From contig CAITQP010000011.1 of the NCBI GenBank assembly GCA_903894565.1, positions 70,515 to 134,514 on the forward strand: a DNA stretch of 64,000 nucleotides, in the 5' to 3' direction. Numbering within the stretch: position 1 is the first letter of the stretch; each line of letters begins with the position of its first letter. The position numbers and the translations under genes are program-made. Shown piece after piece: positions 9,637 to 19,312 of the stretch. The notes beneath the pieces were generated by a model. It saw only the letters and a program-made list of their open reading frames with translations, did no database searches and was not told the DNA's origin. The stretch is from an uncultured bacterium (lineage in GTDB: Bacteria > Patescibacteriota > Minisyncoccia > Phycocordibacterales > UBA9973).

Positions 9637-10551
9637 ATGAACTGGTTTCTTCTAGCCCTACTCGCTCCGCTCGCATGGAGCGTAGCAAACTATCTCGACA
9701 AATTTCTCCTTTCGAATTCGAAAGGAGAGGGTGAGGGAGGTAGTGGGGGACTTCTAATACTTTCTTCTCTTGTGAGTTTGGTTGCAGCCGGATGTATTTT
9801 TTTGAAGCAAGGAGCACTCGGCATTACACTTGATTCGCAGTCGGTCGGAGTGCTCATTCTTTCGGGAATGTTTGAAGCACTCTATATCCTGTTTTATTTC
9901 TGGGCACTTGAAGCTGAATCAACAGCAACAGTAATATCGCTCTTTCAATTCGCCCCGATCATGGGGCTTTTGTTTGGGTATCTTATGCTCAACGAATCGC
10001 CAACAGGAATGCAATTCCTCGCAGTCTTGGTGATTCTTGTCGGTACCTTGCTTATCATCAAAAAGAAAGGGGAGAGATTGTCGTTTAATGGACATGTTTT
10101 GCTCATGATGATCGTTGCGACAACATTCGTCGGGATTTACAACACGTTGTTTAAAATTGTCGGTGAACATATACCGTTTTGGTCTGCGATGTTCTGGCAA
10201 TACCTTGGTATCGGCATGGTTGGTTTCTTACTTTTCTTTGGAGTCGCGCCATATCGCAAGCAGGCAATAGACATGATCACAAAAAAGAGCTTGAATTCGC
10301 TTGGATTGACCGGCCTTGCTGAAGTAATGAATATCGTGGCTCTCATGGCCACGAACGCGGCAATCCTGCTTGCGCCTGTGGCGCTCGTGCTTTCGATTAG
10401 CTCGATTCAGCCTGTCTTCGTCCTGATTGAGGCTTATATTATAACGGCCTTTTTCCCGAAGTTTTTAGACCCTTGCGATAAACCGGTATTCATGTTACAA
10501 TATGCATTAGGTATCCTCCTCGTCTGTGTTGGGGGATTTCTCATCTATTAA
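9637..10551 (+). CDS. EamA/DMT family transporter
   Basis: About 10 TM segments with a two-repeat DMT pattern (NYLDK.LL; LFQFAPI..LFGY.MLNE). Confidence 0.85.
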   Translation: MNWFLLALLAPLAWSVANYLDKFLLSNSKGEGEGGSGGLLILSSLVSLVAAGCIFLKQGALGITLDSQSVGVLILSGMFEALYILFYFWALEAESTATVISLFQFAPIMGLLFGYLMLNESPTGMQFLAVLVILVGTLLIIKKKGERLSFNGHVLLMMIVATTFVGIYNTLFKIVGEHIPFWSAMFWQYLGIGMVGFLLFFGVAPYRKQAIDMITKKSLNSLGLTGLAEVMNIVALMATNAAILLAPVALVLSISSIQPVFVLIEAYIITAFFPKFLDPCDKPVFMLQYALGILLVCVGGFLIY

Positions 10552-10563
10552 TCAAAAAAGCGT

Positions 10564-11466
10564 ATGATTCCACTATTTCCAGAATTTAAAAAGCTCGAAT
10601 TGTCCGACAAGGACGAAATCGAGAGCTTTACGCGCCAATTTCCACCGTACTCTGACTTTAACTTCGTAAGTATGTGGAGTTGGGATATAAAATCTGAAAC
10701 ATCAGTTTCTCAATGTGAAGGAAACTTAATAGTTCGATTCACCGATTACTTATCAAAAGAGCCTTTTTACTCATTTATCGGAGTGAATAATATTTATAAA
10801 ACCATTGATTCGGTTACTGAGTATTCATTAAAAAATGGGTCTGGATCAAAACTTAAATTTATACCAAACGAGGTAGTTTCGATGATTAGTGATTCAAACT
10901 ACCTTGTTATTCCTGATCCAGATAACTTTGATTACGTATATAACATGCAAGAATTTCACGCTGGATTGGGAAAAAAATATGAAACTCAGCGCAATCAAAT
11001 TAACCGATTTCTAAAAAAACACCCCGGAGTTAAGACAGAGGTTTTCTTCGATTTTAGTGAAATTAAGGAAAAAATATTACGCTTGGAACAAAAATGGAAA
11101 TTAAATAAGATTATCGATGAAAAAGTCATTGAATTTCAAAGCGAATCAGCAGCTTTGTGGCGAATTTTCGACTTACAAGGCGAAAGTTTTGTTACAGTAG
11201 GTCTTTTTGATGGCGATGAATTAATTGGTTTCTGCGTATCAGAGCTCCTCGACAAAGAATATGCGATTGCCCATTTTGCAAAAGCTGACGTGAATTATTC
11301 TGGAGTATATTCGTACCTACTATACTCAACTTGTGACGCTCTGATTAAAAAAGGGAAAATATATTTGAACTACGAACAAGACTTAGGTTTAATGCACTTA
11401 CGTAATTCTAAAACTTCATTTCGTCCGGCCTATTACTTAAAGAAGAATATTGTTGTAAAACAGTGA
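10564..11466 (+). CDS. DUF2156 / aminoacyl-phosphatidylglycerol-synthase C-terminal-like (GNAT fold) protein
   Basis: SDFNFVSMWSW, DYVY, RNQINRF, HFAKAD and YLNYEQDLG...RNSK.SFRP motifs. Confidence 0.8.
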   Translation: MIPLFPEFKKLELSDKDEIESFTRQFPPYSDFNFVSMWSWDIKSETSVSQCEGNLIVRFTDYLSKEPFYSFIGVNNIYKTIDSVTEYSLKNGSGSKLKFIPNEVVSMISDSNYLVIPDPDNFDYVYNMQEFHAGLGKKYETQRNQINRFLKKHPGVKTEVFFDFSEIKEKILRLEQKWKLNKIIDEKVIEFQSESAALWRIFDLQGESFVTVGLFDGDELIGFCVSELLDKEYAIAHFAKADVNYSGVYSYLLYSTCDALIKKGKIYLNYEQDLGLMHLRNSKTSFRPAYYLKKNIVVKQ

Positions 11467-11509
11467 ATAACTGATTTGCAAGAGGATGAATCTATATTAC
11501 AATAGATTC

Positions 11510-12343
11510 ATGAAAGAATCATCAACACCGTTTCAAAAATTATTGACGAACCATTTTGTGTTGCTTGCATCACTATTTTTTTGGGGAATGAGCGTATGGT
11601 GGGTTACCATAATTCTCCATGGTTATAGAGGCACGAATGATAACAATTTATTCACGGTTATTTACCCAATTTTATCACTTGCTGGTGGTATTACTGGACT
11701 CATCTATGCAGAACGATGGGGTGGTTTCAAGAGTCTTATAGGAAAAGCACTCAAATTTCTTAGTTTTGGACTTCTTGCTCAATTTTTCGGGCAGGCTGCG
11801 TACACATATTATATTTATTTAAAGGGAGTTGCTGTTCCGTACCCTTCGATTGGTGATATCGGGTACTTTGGAAGCGTTGTGTTTTATTTCCTTGGTGCTC
11901 TTTATCTTGCAAAAGTTTGCGGTTTTGGAAGATCGACTCGATCACTGAGCAGTAAACTTTTAGCGCTTGTAGTACCGATTCTCCTCCTTGCTTGTTCCTA
12001 CTTCTTCTTCTTGAGAGGTTATGATTTTAGTTCAATCAACTATCTGAAAACATTTTTGGATTTTGGATACCCAATTGGCCAAGCAATATATGTTTCAGTG
12101 GGAATTATCGCATTGTTGCTTTCAAGTACAGCAATGGGTGGTATAATGAAGAAGCCAATATTATTTTTAATATTTGCACTTATATTCCAGTACATATCAG
12201 ACTTCGTGTTTCTTTATCAGGCAAATAATGGGAGTTGGTATGTTGGTGGTTTAAACGACTACTTATACCTAGCATCATATTTTTTGATGACAATCGCTCT
12301 TGTTAACATTGGTGGCGTGTTTCGTACTATTAACGAAGCATAA
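11510..12343 (+). CDS. Stand-alone multi-TM membrane protein, sensor-like; paralog of 8767-9621
   Basis: WGGFKS.IGKAL, VPYPSIGDIGY and DFGYPIGQ motifs. The ATG lies 6 nt after TACAAT. Confidence 0.8.
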   Translation: MKESSTPFQKLLTNHFVLLASLFFWGMSVWWVTIILHGYRGTNDNNLFTVIYPILSLAGGITGLIYAERWGGFKSLIGKALKFLSFGLLAQFFGQAAYTYYIYLKGVAVPYPSIGDIGYFGSVVFYFLGALYLAKVCGFGRSTRSLSSKLLALVVPILLLACSYFFFLRGYDFSSINYLKTFLDFGYPIGQAIYVSVGIIALLLSSTAMGGIMKKPILFLIFALIFQYISDFVFLYQANNGSWYVGGLNDYLYLASYFLMTIALVNIGGVFRTINEA

Positions 12344-12350
12344 ATAAATT

Positions 12351-12644
12351 ATGGATACAGCAATAGACGTCTTCAACCAAATATCTATCCGTATCATCAA
12401 GGAGCAGGAGGCTATCATTGGGCCACTTGCCTGGAGTGAGGCGGCGAAGGTTCCAGGGCTCACAATCATCGACCCGAAGGCCCACACCGTGAGTGTTACA
12501 GGGGAACCGAAAGAGGTCATCAACAGTCTCGTTTCTCGCTACGAACAACTCTTTGGACGTCTCTCACGTGAAGTCAGTCGAGAAGCAGTCGTCGACCTCA
12601 CCGCAGATATCCCATCAGAAGATATTCCTACGAGTCTCAAATAA
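12351..12644 (+). CDS. Small soluble protein (97 aa) between the membrane sensor-like gene and the histidine kinase
   Basis: Tight spacing to both neighbours; IIKEQE.IIGPLA...A.KVPGL and LV.RY.QLFG patterns. Confidence 0.85.
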   Translation: MDTAIDVFNQISIRIIKEQEAIIGPLAWSEAAKVPGLTIIDPKAHTVSVTGEPKEVINSLVSRYEQLFGRLSREVSREAVVDLTADIPSEDIPTSLK

Positions 12645-12677
12645 CATTAGTATCAATAATTTTAAACCAAGTCACTA

Positions 12678-14066
12678 ATGTCACTTTTTTCCTGGCACAA
12701 AAAACAACCAGACGCATCTCCCGCAAAGGACTCACTTACTCCGAGCGACGTAAACGAAATACTGTACAAGCGAAATGCCGAACTTGCTATCAAAAACAAG
12801 GCGCTTTCGCTTCTTGGTAATTTGTACGAGACAAGTATTTTGACGCTTACACCAGCAGATCTCGCGCGCAAAATTTCAGATTCAGTTCGTGAGGCACTCA
12901 ACTACGAATCGGTTTCCATGTTTCAGTACGATAAGGAGAACGACGCTCTTGATCAGATTGGATATTCTCGCTCCGATCGTTACGACGAACAGCTTCGCTT
13001 GTCTGGAGTGAAGATTGATTACACGTCAATCGACAAAGCATCGACTCGTGAATTTTTTGATGGCGTCATGAACAAGCGCCAGCCAGTTTTGAATGAAAAA
13101 TTTGGCTTCATCCACAAAAACGGTGTACTGTCAGAAGAAGAAATTAAAATGTTGGCTGATCGAGCACACATCAAATCTTCGATTGTATATCCACTTGCAC
13201 TTGGTGAGCATGTGCTTGGAATGTTGCTCATTAGTATGAATCGCGAATACGAATCACTCCCTGATTACGAAAAGGGGATTATCGGAAGTATCGTGAACGT
13301 GGTCTCCCTCGCGCTCGACAAGTCTCTTACGTATGAGGCACTTCAGGATGCGAACGAGAAGCTGAAGAGTGTGGACAAGCTCAAGACAGAATTCTTGTCG
13401 CTCGCGGCTCATCAGCTCCGTAGTCCGCTTACAGCCATTCGTGGATATACATCGATGCTTCTCGACGGATCATTTGGAACTGTTGATACAAAGCAAAAGG
13501 AGGCGATTAATCGTGTGTTTGAATCAAGTAGCCACCTTACAAAGATCGTTGAAGATTTGTTGAACGTTTCCAAGATTGAAGCTGGGGGGATGAAGTACGA
13601 AATGGCTCCGTTTGATCTCGAAAAAGCAGTGCATGATTTGACGACAGACCTCTCTATCACAGCGGAAAAGAAAGGATTGAAACTTTCGTTTGCAACTGAT
13701 AGCAAAGGCCCATATACTGTCAACGGAGACATGGAAAAAATTCGTCAGGTTGTACTCAATGTCATCGACAATGCGATCAAATATACAATGCAAGGCTCCA
13801 TCTCAGTTTTGCTTGCACGCAATGAGGCAACCAAGATGATTCGCATCGCAGTTACAGATACCGGAATGGGAATTTCAGCTGAAGAAAAAGAAAAACTTTT
13901 CCAGAAATTTAGTCGCGGAGAAGGAGGAAAGACGAACACAAGTGGCTCAGGTCTCGGTCTCTATCTTGCGAAACAAATCGCCGAAGCTCACGGTGGGGAA
14001 GTTGTTATTGATTCGCCAGGCGCGGGCAAAGGTTCAACATTCACCATCGAACTCAAAGCGATGTAA
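12678..14066 (+). CDS. Cytoplasmic GAF-domain sensor histidine kinase
   Basis: GAF-like N-terminus, H-box AAHQLRSPL, N-box DNAIKY, DTGMG and GSGLGL; no TM segment. Confidence 0.93.
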   Translation: MSLFSWHKKQPDASPAKDSLTPSDVNEILYKRNAELAIKNKALSLLGNLYETSILTLTPADLARKISDSVREALNYESVSMFQYDKENDALDQIGYSRSDRYDEQLRLSGVKIDYTSIDKASTREFFDGVMNKRQPVLNEKFGFIHKNGVLSEEEIKMLADRAHIKSSIVYPLALGEHVLGMLLISMNREYESLPDYEKGIIGSIVNVVSLALDKSLTYEALQDANEKLKSVDKLKTEFLSLAAHQLRSPLTAIRGYTSMLLDGSFGTVDTKQKEAINRVFESSSHLTKIVEDLLNVSKIEAGGMKYEMAPFDLEKAVHDLTTDLSITAEKKGLKLSFATDSKGPYTVNGDMEKIRQVVLNVIDNAIKYTMQGSISVLLARNEATKMIRIAVTDTGMGISAEEKEKLFQKFSRGEGGKTNTSGSGLGLYLAKQIAEAHGGEVVIDSPGAGKGSTFTIELKAM

Positions 14067-14069
14067 TAA

Positions 14070-14115
14070 AAGACAACAAAAAACACAGAGGTAACTCTGT
14101 GTTTTTTGTTGTCTT
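14070..14115. terminator. Bidirectional intrinsic terminator
   Basis: AAGACAACAAAAAACACAGAG-GTAA-CTCTGTGTTTTTTGTTGTCTT between the convergent kinase and cysS genes. Confidence 0.8.
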
Positions 14116-14121
14116 GCGGAC

Positions 14122-15537
14122 CTATTTCTTTTCGATGACAAACCCCTTGTCTGTATCTTTAATGATATACCCATGTGAGGCAATCGAATCACGAAGTTTG
14201 TCACTGTCAGCCCAGTTTTTTGCGTTACGAGCTTCTTCACGTTTGTTTGCAAGGATAAGAACCTCAGCTGGAATTTCGATAGACGATTTTTCTCCAAGAT
14301 TGAATCCGAATACTTCGTCAAAATTGAGTGCAGTGACGACCATGTCACTAGGTGCGATGTTTTTGTCGTGTACGAGTTCGTGAAGCACCGAGAGCGCAAG
14401 TGGCATATTGAGATCATCATTAATCGCAGATAAAAATTTCTCTCGATACGATTCGTTTACTTTGCCACCGGCAAGGAGGTGTTCGATGTCGGTTGAATCG
14501 CTAGCAATGATGGCTTTTATACGTTTCAGCGCTGTGTCTGACGCCGTGAGTGCTTCCCATGTGAAGTTGAGTGGGGATCGATAGTGTCCAGAGAAATAAA
14601 AATAACGAAGAGAGAGGGGACTTATGTTGCGCGCAGTAATATCTGCGAGGGTGTACGCGTTGCCGAGCGATTTGCCCATGCGACCGCCATCAACTTGCAA
14701 AAATGCTCCATGCATCCAAAGATGAACGAATGGACTTTTGCCAGTCGCGCCTTCGGCCTGTGCGATCTCATTTGGGTGATGCGTGCTCTTGAGATCCTCA
14801 CCACCGACGTGAATATCGAATTGCTCGCCGAGATATTTCAGGCTCATTGCCGTACATTCACTATGCCAGCCAGGAAATCCGACACCCCATGGACTTTGCC
14901 ACTCCATGTCTCGTTTTGCATCTATCGGGCTAAATTTCCAGAGTGCAAAATCGCGGAAGTTGCGCTTTTCTGGATTGAAATCAACACGTGCGCCAGCTTT
15001 GATTTGGTCAAGGTTTGAAAGGACTCCATACGTGAATCCTTTTTTCTCGAAGGCTTCGGTGTCGAAATAGATACCGTCGTTGATACGATAGGTGAGACCT
15101 GCTAGTTCGAGCTGTTGTATGAGTGCTATCTGTTCCGGAATGTGTTCTGTTGCAGGGAGGAATGCTTCAGGCTCGGTAAGATTGAGCATTGTGTATCCGT
15201 GCTTAAAATCTTCGGTGTAGAATTTTGCGATCTCCCATGCATTTTTGCCTTCACGAGCCTTGGCCTTTTCCATACGATCTTCGCCAGTATCAGCGTCACC
15301 ACTATTGTCGCCAGTCAAATGGCCAACGTCCGTGATGTTCATATAGTAGTTGACCTTGTATTCGTTGTAGCGGAGCACACGTGCAACGAGGTCGCCGAGT
15401 GTATAGGTGCGCCAATTGCCAATCGTTACATAGTTGTAAACGGTCGGCCCGCAGGTATACATGCCAACACCGTTTGCACTTGTTGTACTAAACGGTTCAG
15501 CTTTGCGCGTCAGTGAATTGTAGAACGTTAGAGCCAT
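14122..15537 (-). CDS. cysS: Cysteine--tRNA ligase
   Basis: MYTCGPTVY, DFALWK, SPWG.GFPGWHSEC, HH.NEIAQ and RMGKSLGN. Confidence 0.97.
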   Translation of the reverse strand: MALTFYNSLTRKAEPFSTTSANGVGMYTCGPTVYNYVTIGNWRTYTLGDLVARVLRYNEYKVNYYMNITDVGHLTGDNSGDADTGEDRMEKAKAREGKNAWEIAKFYTEDFKHGYTMLNLTEPEAFLPATEHIPEQIALIQQLELAGLTYRINDGIYFDTEAFEKKGFTYGVLSNLDQIKAGARVDFNPEKRNFRDFALWKFSPIDAKRDMEWQSPWGVGFPGWHSECTAMSLKYLGEQFDIHVGGEDLKSTHHPNEIAQAEGATGKSPFVHLWMHGAFLQVDGGRMGKSLGNAYTLADITARNISPLSLRYFYFSGHYRSPLNFTWEALTASDTALKRIKAIIASDSTDIEHLLAGGKVNESYREKFLSAINDDLNMPLALSVLHELVHDKNIAPSDMVVTALNFDEVFGFNLGEKSSIEIPAEVLILANKREEARNAKNWADSDKLRDSIASHGYIIKDTDKGFVIEKK

Positions 15538-16442
15538 TTTTTAGAGCGGAAATAGATGATCAAGATGAGACACGTGAAGGCCATGCTTGCGAGTACGGCA
15601 ATGAGACGCTTCGGATCATCAAGATACAGGTATTTTGAGTTCATTGCAAATATCCATGAAATGAGACCGAGAGGGAGTAAAACAACGTTGATTGCCGTAA
15701 GACGGCGCATTGTTGCATTCGTTTTTGCGGAGAGAAGCGAATCGTTGGTGCGACGAAGGTCTTGTACCATCTGGCGACTTTCTTCAAGTGCTTGTGTGAC
15801 GTGTAAACATTCGCCTTCAATCATGCCCGCATAATTTGCGAATTCAGGGCCGTACATTTTTTGAGCCGAAGCACTAAATGATTTGATCATTTCTGTGTGC
15901 GATCGAAGAGCAGACTTCAAGTCAATGATAGTGCGGGATACATGAGAAAGGTGACTGACCATTGCGGTCTCGTAACCTGCAAAAATTTTGTGTTCAATAT
16001 CTCGAATATCGTGTTCGACTGATTCAAGCAAAAAGAGTGTATGTTTGTAGAGTTCCTTCATTTGTGCAAAGAAGAGAAATCCAGCATGTTCTCCAAAACG
16101 AGCACTCGAGATATAACTATTTGCTTCAAAGATCTTTGCAAAATCATGTAATGGATCAATGAGTTCGTAATGTGTTGTTATTAACGTATTTTCAAGCAAC
16201 ACAAAATCAATTTCGGTTTCGCGAATGCGTCCAGTTGTTCGATTTCGGATGGGGAAGTGAAGAATAACGTAAATTCCATTTTCGTAAATGTCTACTTTCG
16301 CTCGCTCAGAACTTGTAATGAGTTCTGTCGTAATTAGTGGGTGAAGATTGTATTCTTCCGCGATTGCCTCTGCTTCTTCTTTTGTAGGAGACTCAAGATC
16401 AATCCACGTGAGACCTTGGCGTGTTGTATATCGAGATATCAT
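15528..16442 (-). CDS. CorA family divalent cation transporter
   Basis: WIDL.SPT and two C-terminal TMs with FAMN (variant of the GMN motif). Confidence 0.88.
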   Translation of the reverse strand: MISRYTTRQGLTWIDLESPTKEEAEAIAEEYNLHPLITTELITSSERAKVDIYENGIYVILHFPIRNRTTGRIRETEIDFVLLENTLITTHYELIDPLHDFAKIFEANSYISSARFGEHAGFLFFAQMKELYKHTLFLLESVEHDIRDIEHKIFAGYETAMVSHLSHVSRTIIDLKSALRSHTEMIKSFSASAQKMYGPEFANYAGMIEGECLHVTQALEESRQMVQDLRRTNDSLLSAKTNATMRRLTAINVVLLPLGLISWIFAMNSKYLYLDDPKRLIAVLASMAFTCLILIIYFRSKKWL

Positions 16443-16506
16443 GCGTCTATTATACTTGTTCTATTTCCAAAATGTAAGTGTATAGAGTATACTTTCGCTT
16501 AGTATT

Positions 16507-17889
16507 ATGAATATGAAAAAAACGGAAACGGATGAACTCGAAAAAGCATTCGAAGTTCCCGCAAAATTACTCGAAGAAGGGATCGAATTCGTAGAAAAAG
16601 AAGAAAAAATTCTTGTGAGCAAGAAACCGTTTAAACTTGCCGAAGAATATTGGAATACACTTGGACCAGGTCTCACATCTGGTGCTTCTGACGACGATCC
16701 TTCTGGAATTGCGACGTACTCCCAAACCGGTGCGCAGTACGGATTCAAACTTTTGTGGCTTTCCTGGTTTACGTTTCCGCTAATGGCTGTCGTTCAGGAA
16801 ATGTGCGCACGAATTGGCGTTGTCACCGGCCACGGACTTGCAGCAAATATCCGTCATCGATATCCACGTTGGGCGTTGTACATGATTACCTCGCTTTTGT
16901 TTGTTGCGAATACATTCAATATCGGAGCAGACCTCGGCGCAATGGCAAAAGGAACACAACTCATCGCGCCTCACTTAGGCTTTATGTTTTTGATTATAGG
17001 TTTTGCGGTCTTGAGTTTACTGCTTCAAATCTTCACAACATATGCCCGATATGCAAAATATCTGAAGTACCTTGCATTTGTATTGCTCGCATATATCCTC
17101 TCAGCGCTCATGAGTCATCTTGACTGGGGTGTTTTGATGCACAATGCGGTAATGCCTAAAATTACCTTCAGCAAGGATCAAATTTTTCTGATTTGTGCCA
17201 TCCTCGGAACAACTATTTCGCCATATCTTTTCTTTTGGCAAACTTCACAAGAAGTCGAAGAACAAAATCTTCAAGGAAGAGACGACGAAAACAAATGGAC
17301 ACAACCTGTTACAAAAAAGGAAATCCGCCATATTCGAGCCGATGTATGGAGTGGAATGTTTTTTTCAAACATCGTGATGTTTTTCATTATCGCAGCGTGT
17401 GCAGCAACACTTTATACTCACGGAGTTACCAATATTGCCACGGCAGCTGACGCTGCCTTGGCACTGCGCCCATTTGCAGGAGATCTCGCCTTCTTCCTTT
17501 TCGCTATTGGTATTATCGGTACGGGAATGCTTGCGATTCCGGTGCTTGCTGGATCGACATCCTATGCGATCTCTGAGAGTTTTGGATGGAAGCATGGTTT
17601 GTATCGCAAACTCAAAGAAGCGTACGCTTTTTATGGTGTCATCATTATTTCAGTAGTTCTTGGTATTCTGCTTAATTTCTGTGGAATTGATCCAATTAAA
17701 GCACTTATCTATTCCGCTGTTGCAAACGGGGTTATAGCCCCAGTCATCCTTATTTTTGTTGTGCTTTTGAGCTCTGAGAAGAAAATCATGGGGGATTACA
17801 CAAACAGCAAGCTTTCCACACGCGTTGGATGGCTTACTGTGGCGATCATGGCTGTGGCCGGTATCGCTGCTATTTTGTCCTTATTTTAA
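16507..17889 (+). CDS. NRAMP-family divalent metal transporter
   Basis: LGPGL..GASDDDPSGIATYSQ.GA and GTTISPYLFFWQ. Confidence 0.92.
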   Translation: MNMKKTETDELEKAFEVPAKLLEEGIEFVEKEEKILVSKKPFKLAEEYWNTLGPGLTSGASDDDPSGIATYSQTGAQYGFKLLWLSWFTFPLMAVVQEMCARIGVVTGHGLAANIRHRYPRWALYMITSLLFVANTFNIGADLGAMAKGTQLIAPHLGFMFLIIGFAVLSLLLQIFTTYARYAKYLKYLAFVLLAYILSALMSHLDWGVLMHNAVMPKITFSKDQIFLICAILGTTISPYLFFWQTSQEVEEQNLQGRDDENKWTQPVTKKEIRHIRADVWSGMFFSNIVMFFIIAACAATLYTHGVTNIATAADAALALRPFAGDLAFFLFAIGIIGTGMLAIPVLAGSTSYAISESFGWKHGLYRKLKEAYAFYGVIIISVVLGILLNFCGIDPIKALIYSAVANGVIAPVILIFVVLLSSEKKIMGDYTNSKLSTRVGWLTVAIMAVAGIAAILSLF

Positions 17890-17941
17890 GGCGCTTTCCA
17901 CAGTTTGACTTCTATAAAAAATCGTGTAATATAGTCTCGGT

Positions 17942-18262
17942 ATGACTGAATTCGCAATTATAGCAACAGGGGGCAAACAGTATCCGGTATCTGTCGGAGA
18001 TGTTGTCCGCGTAGAAATACTTCCAGGTGACCTTAAAAAAGGCGACAAGGTAGTATTTGATCAGGTTCTCCTCGTCGACAATGGCAAAGATACTTCAATC
18101 GGAACTCCAACGATTCCAGGTGCTACTGTTGAGGGAATTTTTCAGACCGCAGGTCGCGGAAAGAAAGTTCTCGTCGTGAAGTACAAGGCAAAGAGTAAGT
18201 ACCACAAAAAGAATGGACATCGCCAGGGGTACTCAGAAGTGAAGATCTCAGCGATTAAATAA
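17942..18262 (+). CDS. rplU: 50S ribosomal protein L21
   Basis: AII.TGGKQY.V and K.GHRQ. Confidence 0.97.
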   Translation: MTEFAIIATGGKQYPVSVGDVVRVEILPGDLKKGDKVVFDQVLLVDNGKDTSIGTPTIPGATVEGIFQTAGRGKKVLVVKYKAKSKYHKKNGHRQGYSEVKISAIK

Positions 18263-18271
18263 AAGTTAAAA

Positions 18272-18310
18272 AACAAAAAACACTCTGAAATTCTCAGAGT
18301 GTTTTTTGTT
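18272..18310. terminator. Bidirectional terminator between rplU and csaA
   Basis: AACAAAAAACACTCTGA...TCAGAGTGTTTTTTGTT. Confidence 0.78.
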
Positions 18311-18324
18311 GTCCCTAATGTGGA

Positions 18325-18660
18325 TTAGTATAATTTCCCTCCAATTATAGCGTTAGGAGAACCAGGCGTAATTAAGATTACTTTTCCTTCAGAATCAGGT
18401 ACACCAAGTGTGAGTACTTCTGATTCGAAGGGTCCGATTTTTCGTGGTGGGAAATTAACAACTCCGAGAACAAGTTTTCCAACGAGTTCCTCTTTTGTAT
18501 ACAATGCGATAATTTGTGCTGATGATTTTTTGACTCCAATTTCTGGGCCAAAATCGATCGTAAGTTTATACGCTGGTTTTTTCGCTTCAGGAAAATCAAT
18601 TACTGAAATAATCTTACCTACACGTATATCAAGTTTTAAAAAATCTTCAATTGTTGCCAT
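18325..18660 (-). CDS. csaA: CsaA-like tRNA-binding / secretion chaperone
   Basis: DIRVGKI, KPAYKL.IDFGPEIG.K.SSAQI and VVNFPPRKIGPF.SEVL.LG. Confidence 0.9.
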   Translation of the reverse strand: MATIEDFLKLDIRVGKIISVIDFPEAKKPAYKLTIDFGPEIGVKKSSAQIIALYTKEELVGKLVLGVVNFPPRKIGPFESEVLTLGVPDSEGKVILITPGSPNAIIGGKLY

Positions 18661-18687
18661 AGAGCGATTTTCGTTATCGATGAATAA

Positions 18688-19302
18688 TTATTCGTTTTTT
18701 GTTCTGGTGCGGAGGGCGTTGCCAAGCGTGTCAGCATCGGAGTACTCGATTTCCGTGCCAGTAGAGAGGCCTTTGCCAAGGATCGAAACGGGGATTGTCG
18801 TTTCAGATTTTTGGAGCTGAAGAGTGACGAGCGCTTCCGTTCTTTCGCCGTCAGGTGTAGCTGAGAGAGCAAGGATGATTTCTTTTAGCGTTGATTCTGA
18901 TTCTGCACTTACAAGACGAGACAATTCGAGAAGACGGATATGTGTTGATGCATCTTTTTCAATTGCTGGAGCGAGGCCACCGAGTACGAAATAGGTACCA
19001 CTATACGTACGGGACTGAATGAATCGGTCACGATCAGCATCTTTCTCAACAACAAGAAGCATGCTTTTGTCACGAGTCTTGTCGTTACATACGGGGCATT
19101 TTCCGTCAACAATATTTTCCGATAGCGCGAAACATCGCGCACAGCGACGCACATTTTTGCGAAGGTGAGTGATCTGTTCTATGAGATCGCGTGTGTAGTT
19201 TTCATCAGCTGTTGCAAGAAAATACGCAAAACGCATCGCTTGGCGTTCACCAATACCAGGAAATCGTTTAAAAAGTTGTTGGAGTTGTTTGAGTGTTTCC
19301 AT
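18688..19302 (-). CDS. recR: Recombination protein RecR
   Basis: FPGIG.RQA.R, C4 zinc finger, Toprim domain and EIEYSD..TL..AL. Confidence 0.95.
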   Translation of the reverse strand: METLKQLQQLFKRFPGIGERQAMRFAYFLATADENYTRDLIEQITHLRKNVRRCARCFALSENIVDGKCPVCNDKTRDKSMLLVVEKDADRDRFIQSRTYSGTYFVLGGLAPAIEKDASTHIRLLELSRLVSAESESTLKEIILALSATPDGERTEALVTLQLQKSETTIPVSILGKGLSTGTEIEYSDADTLGNALRTRTKNE

Positions 19303-19312
19303 GCGAACAAAG

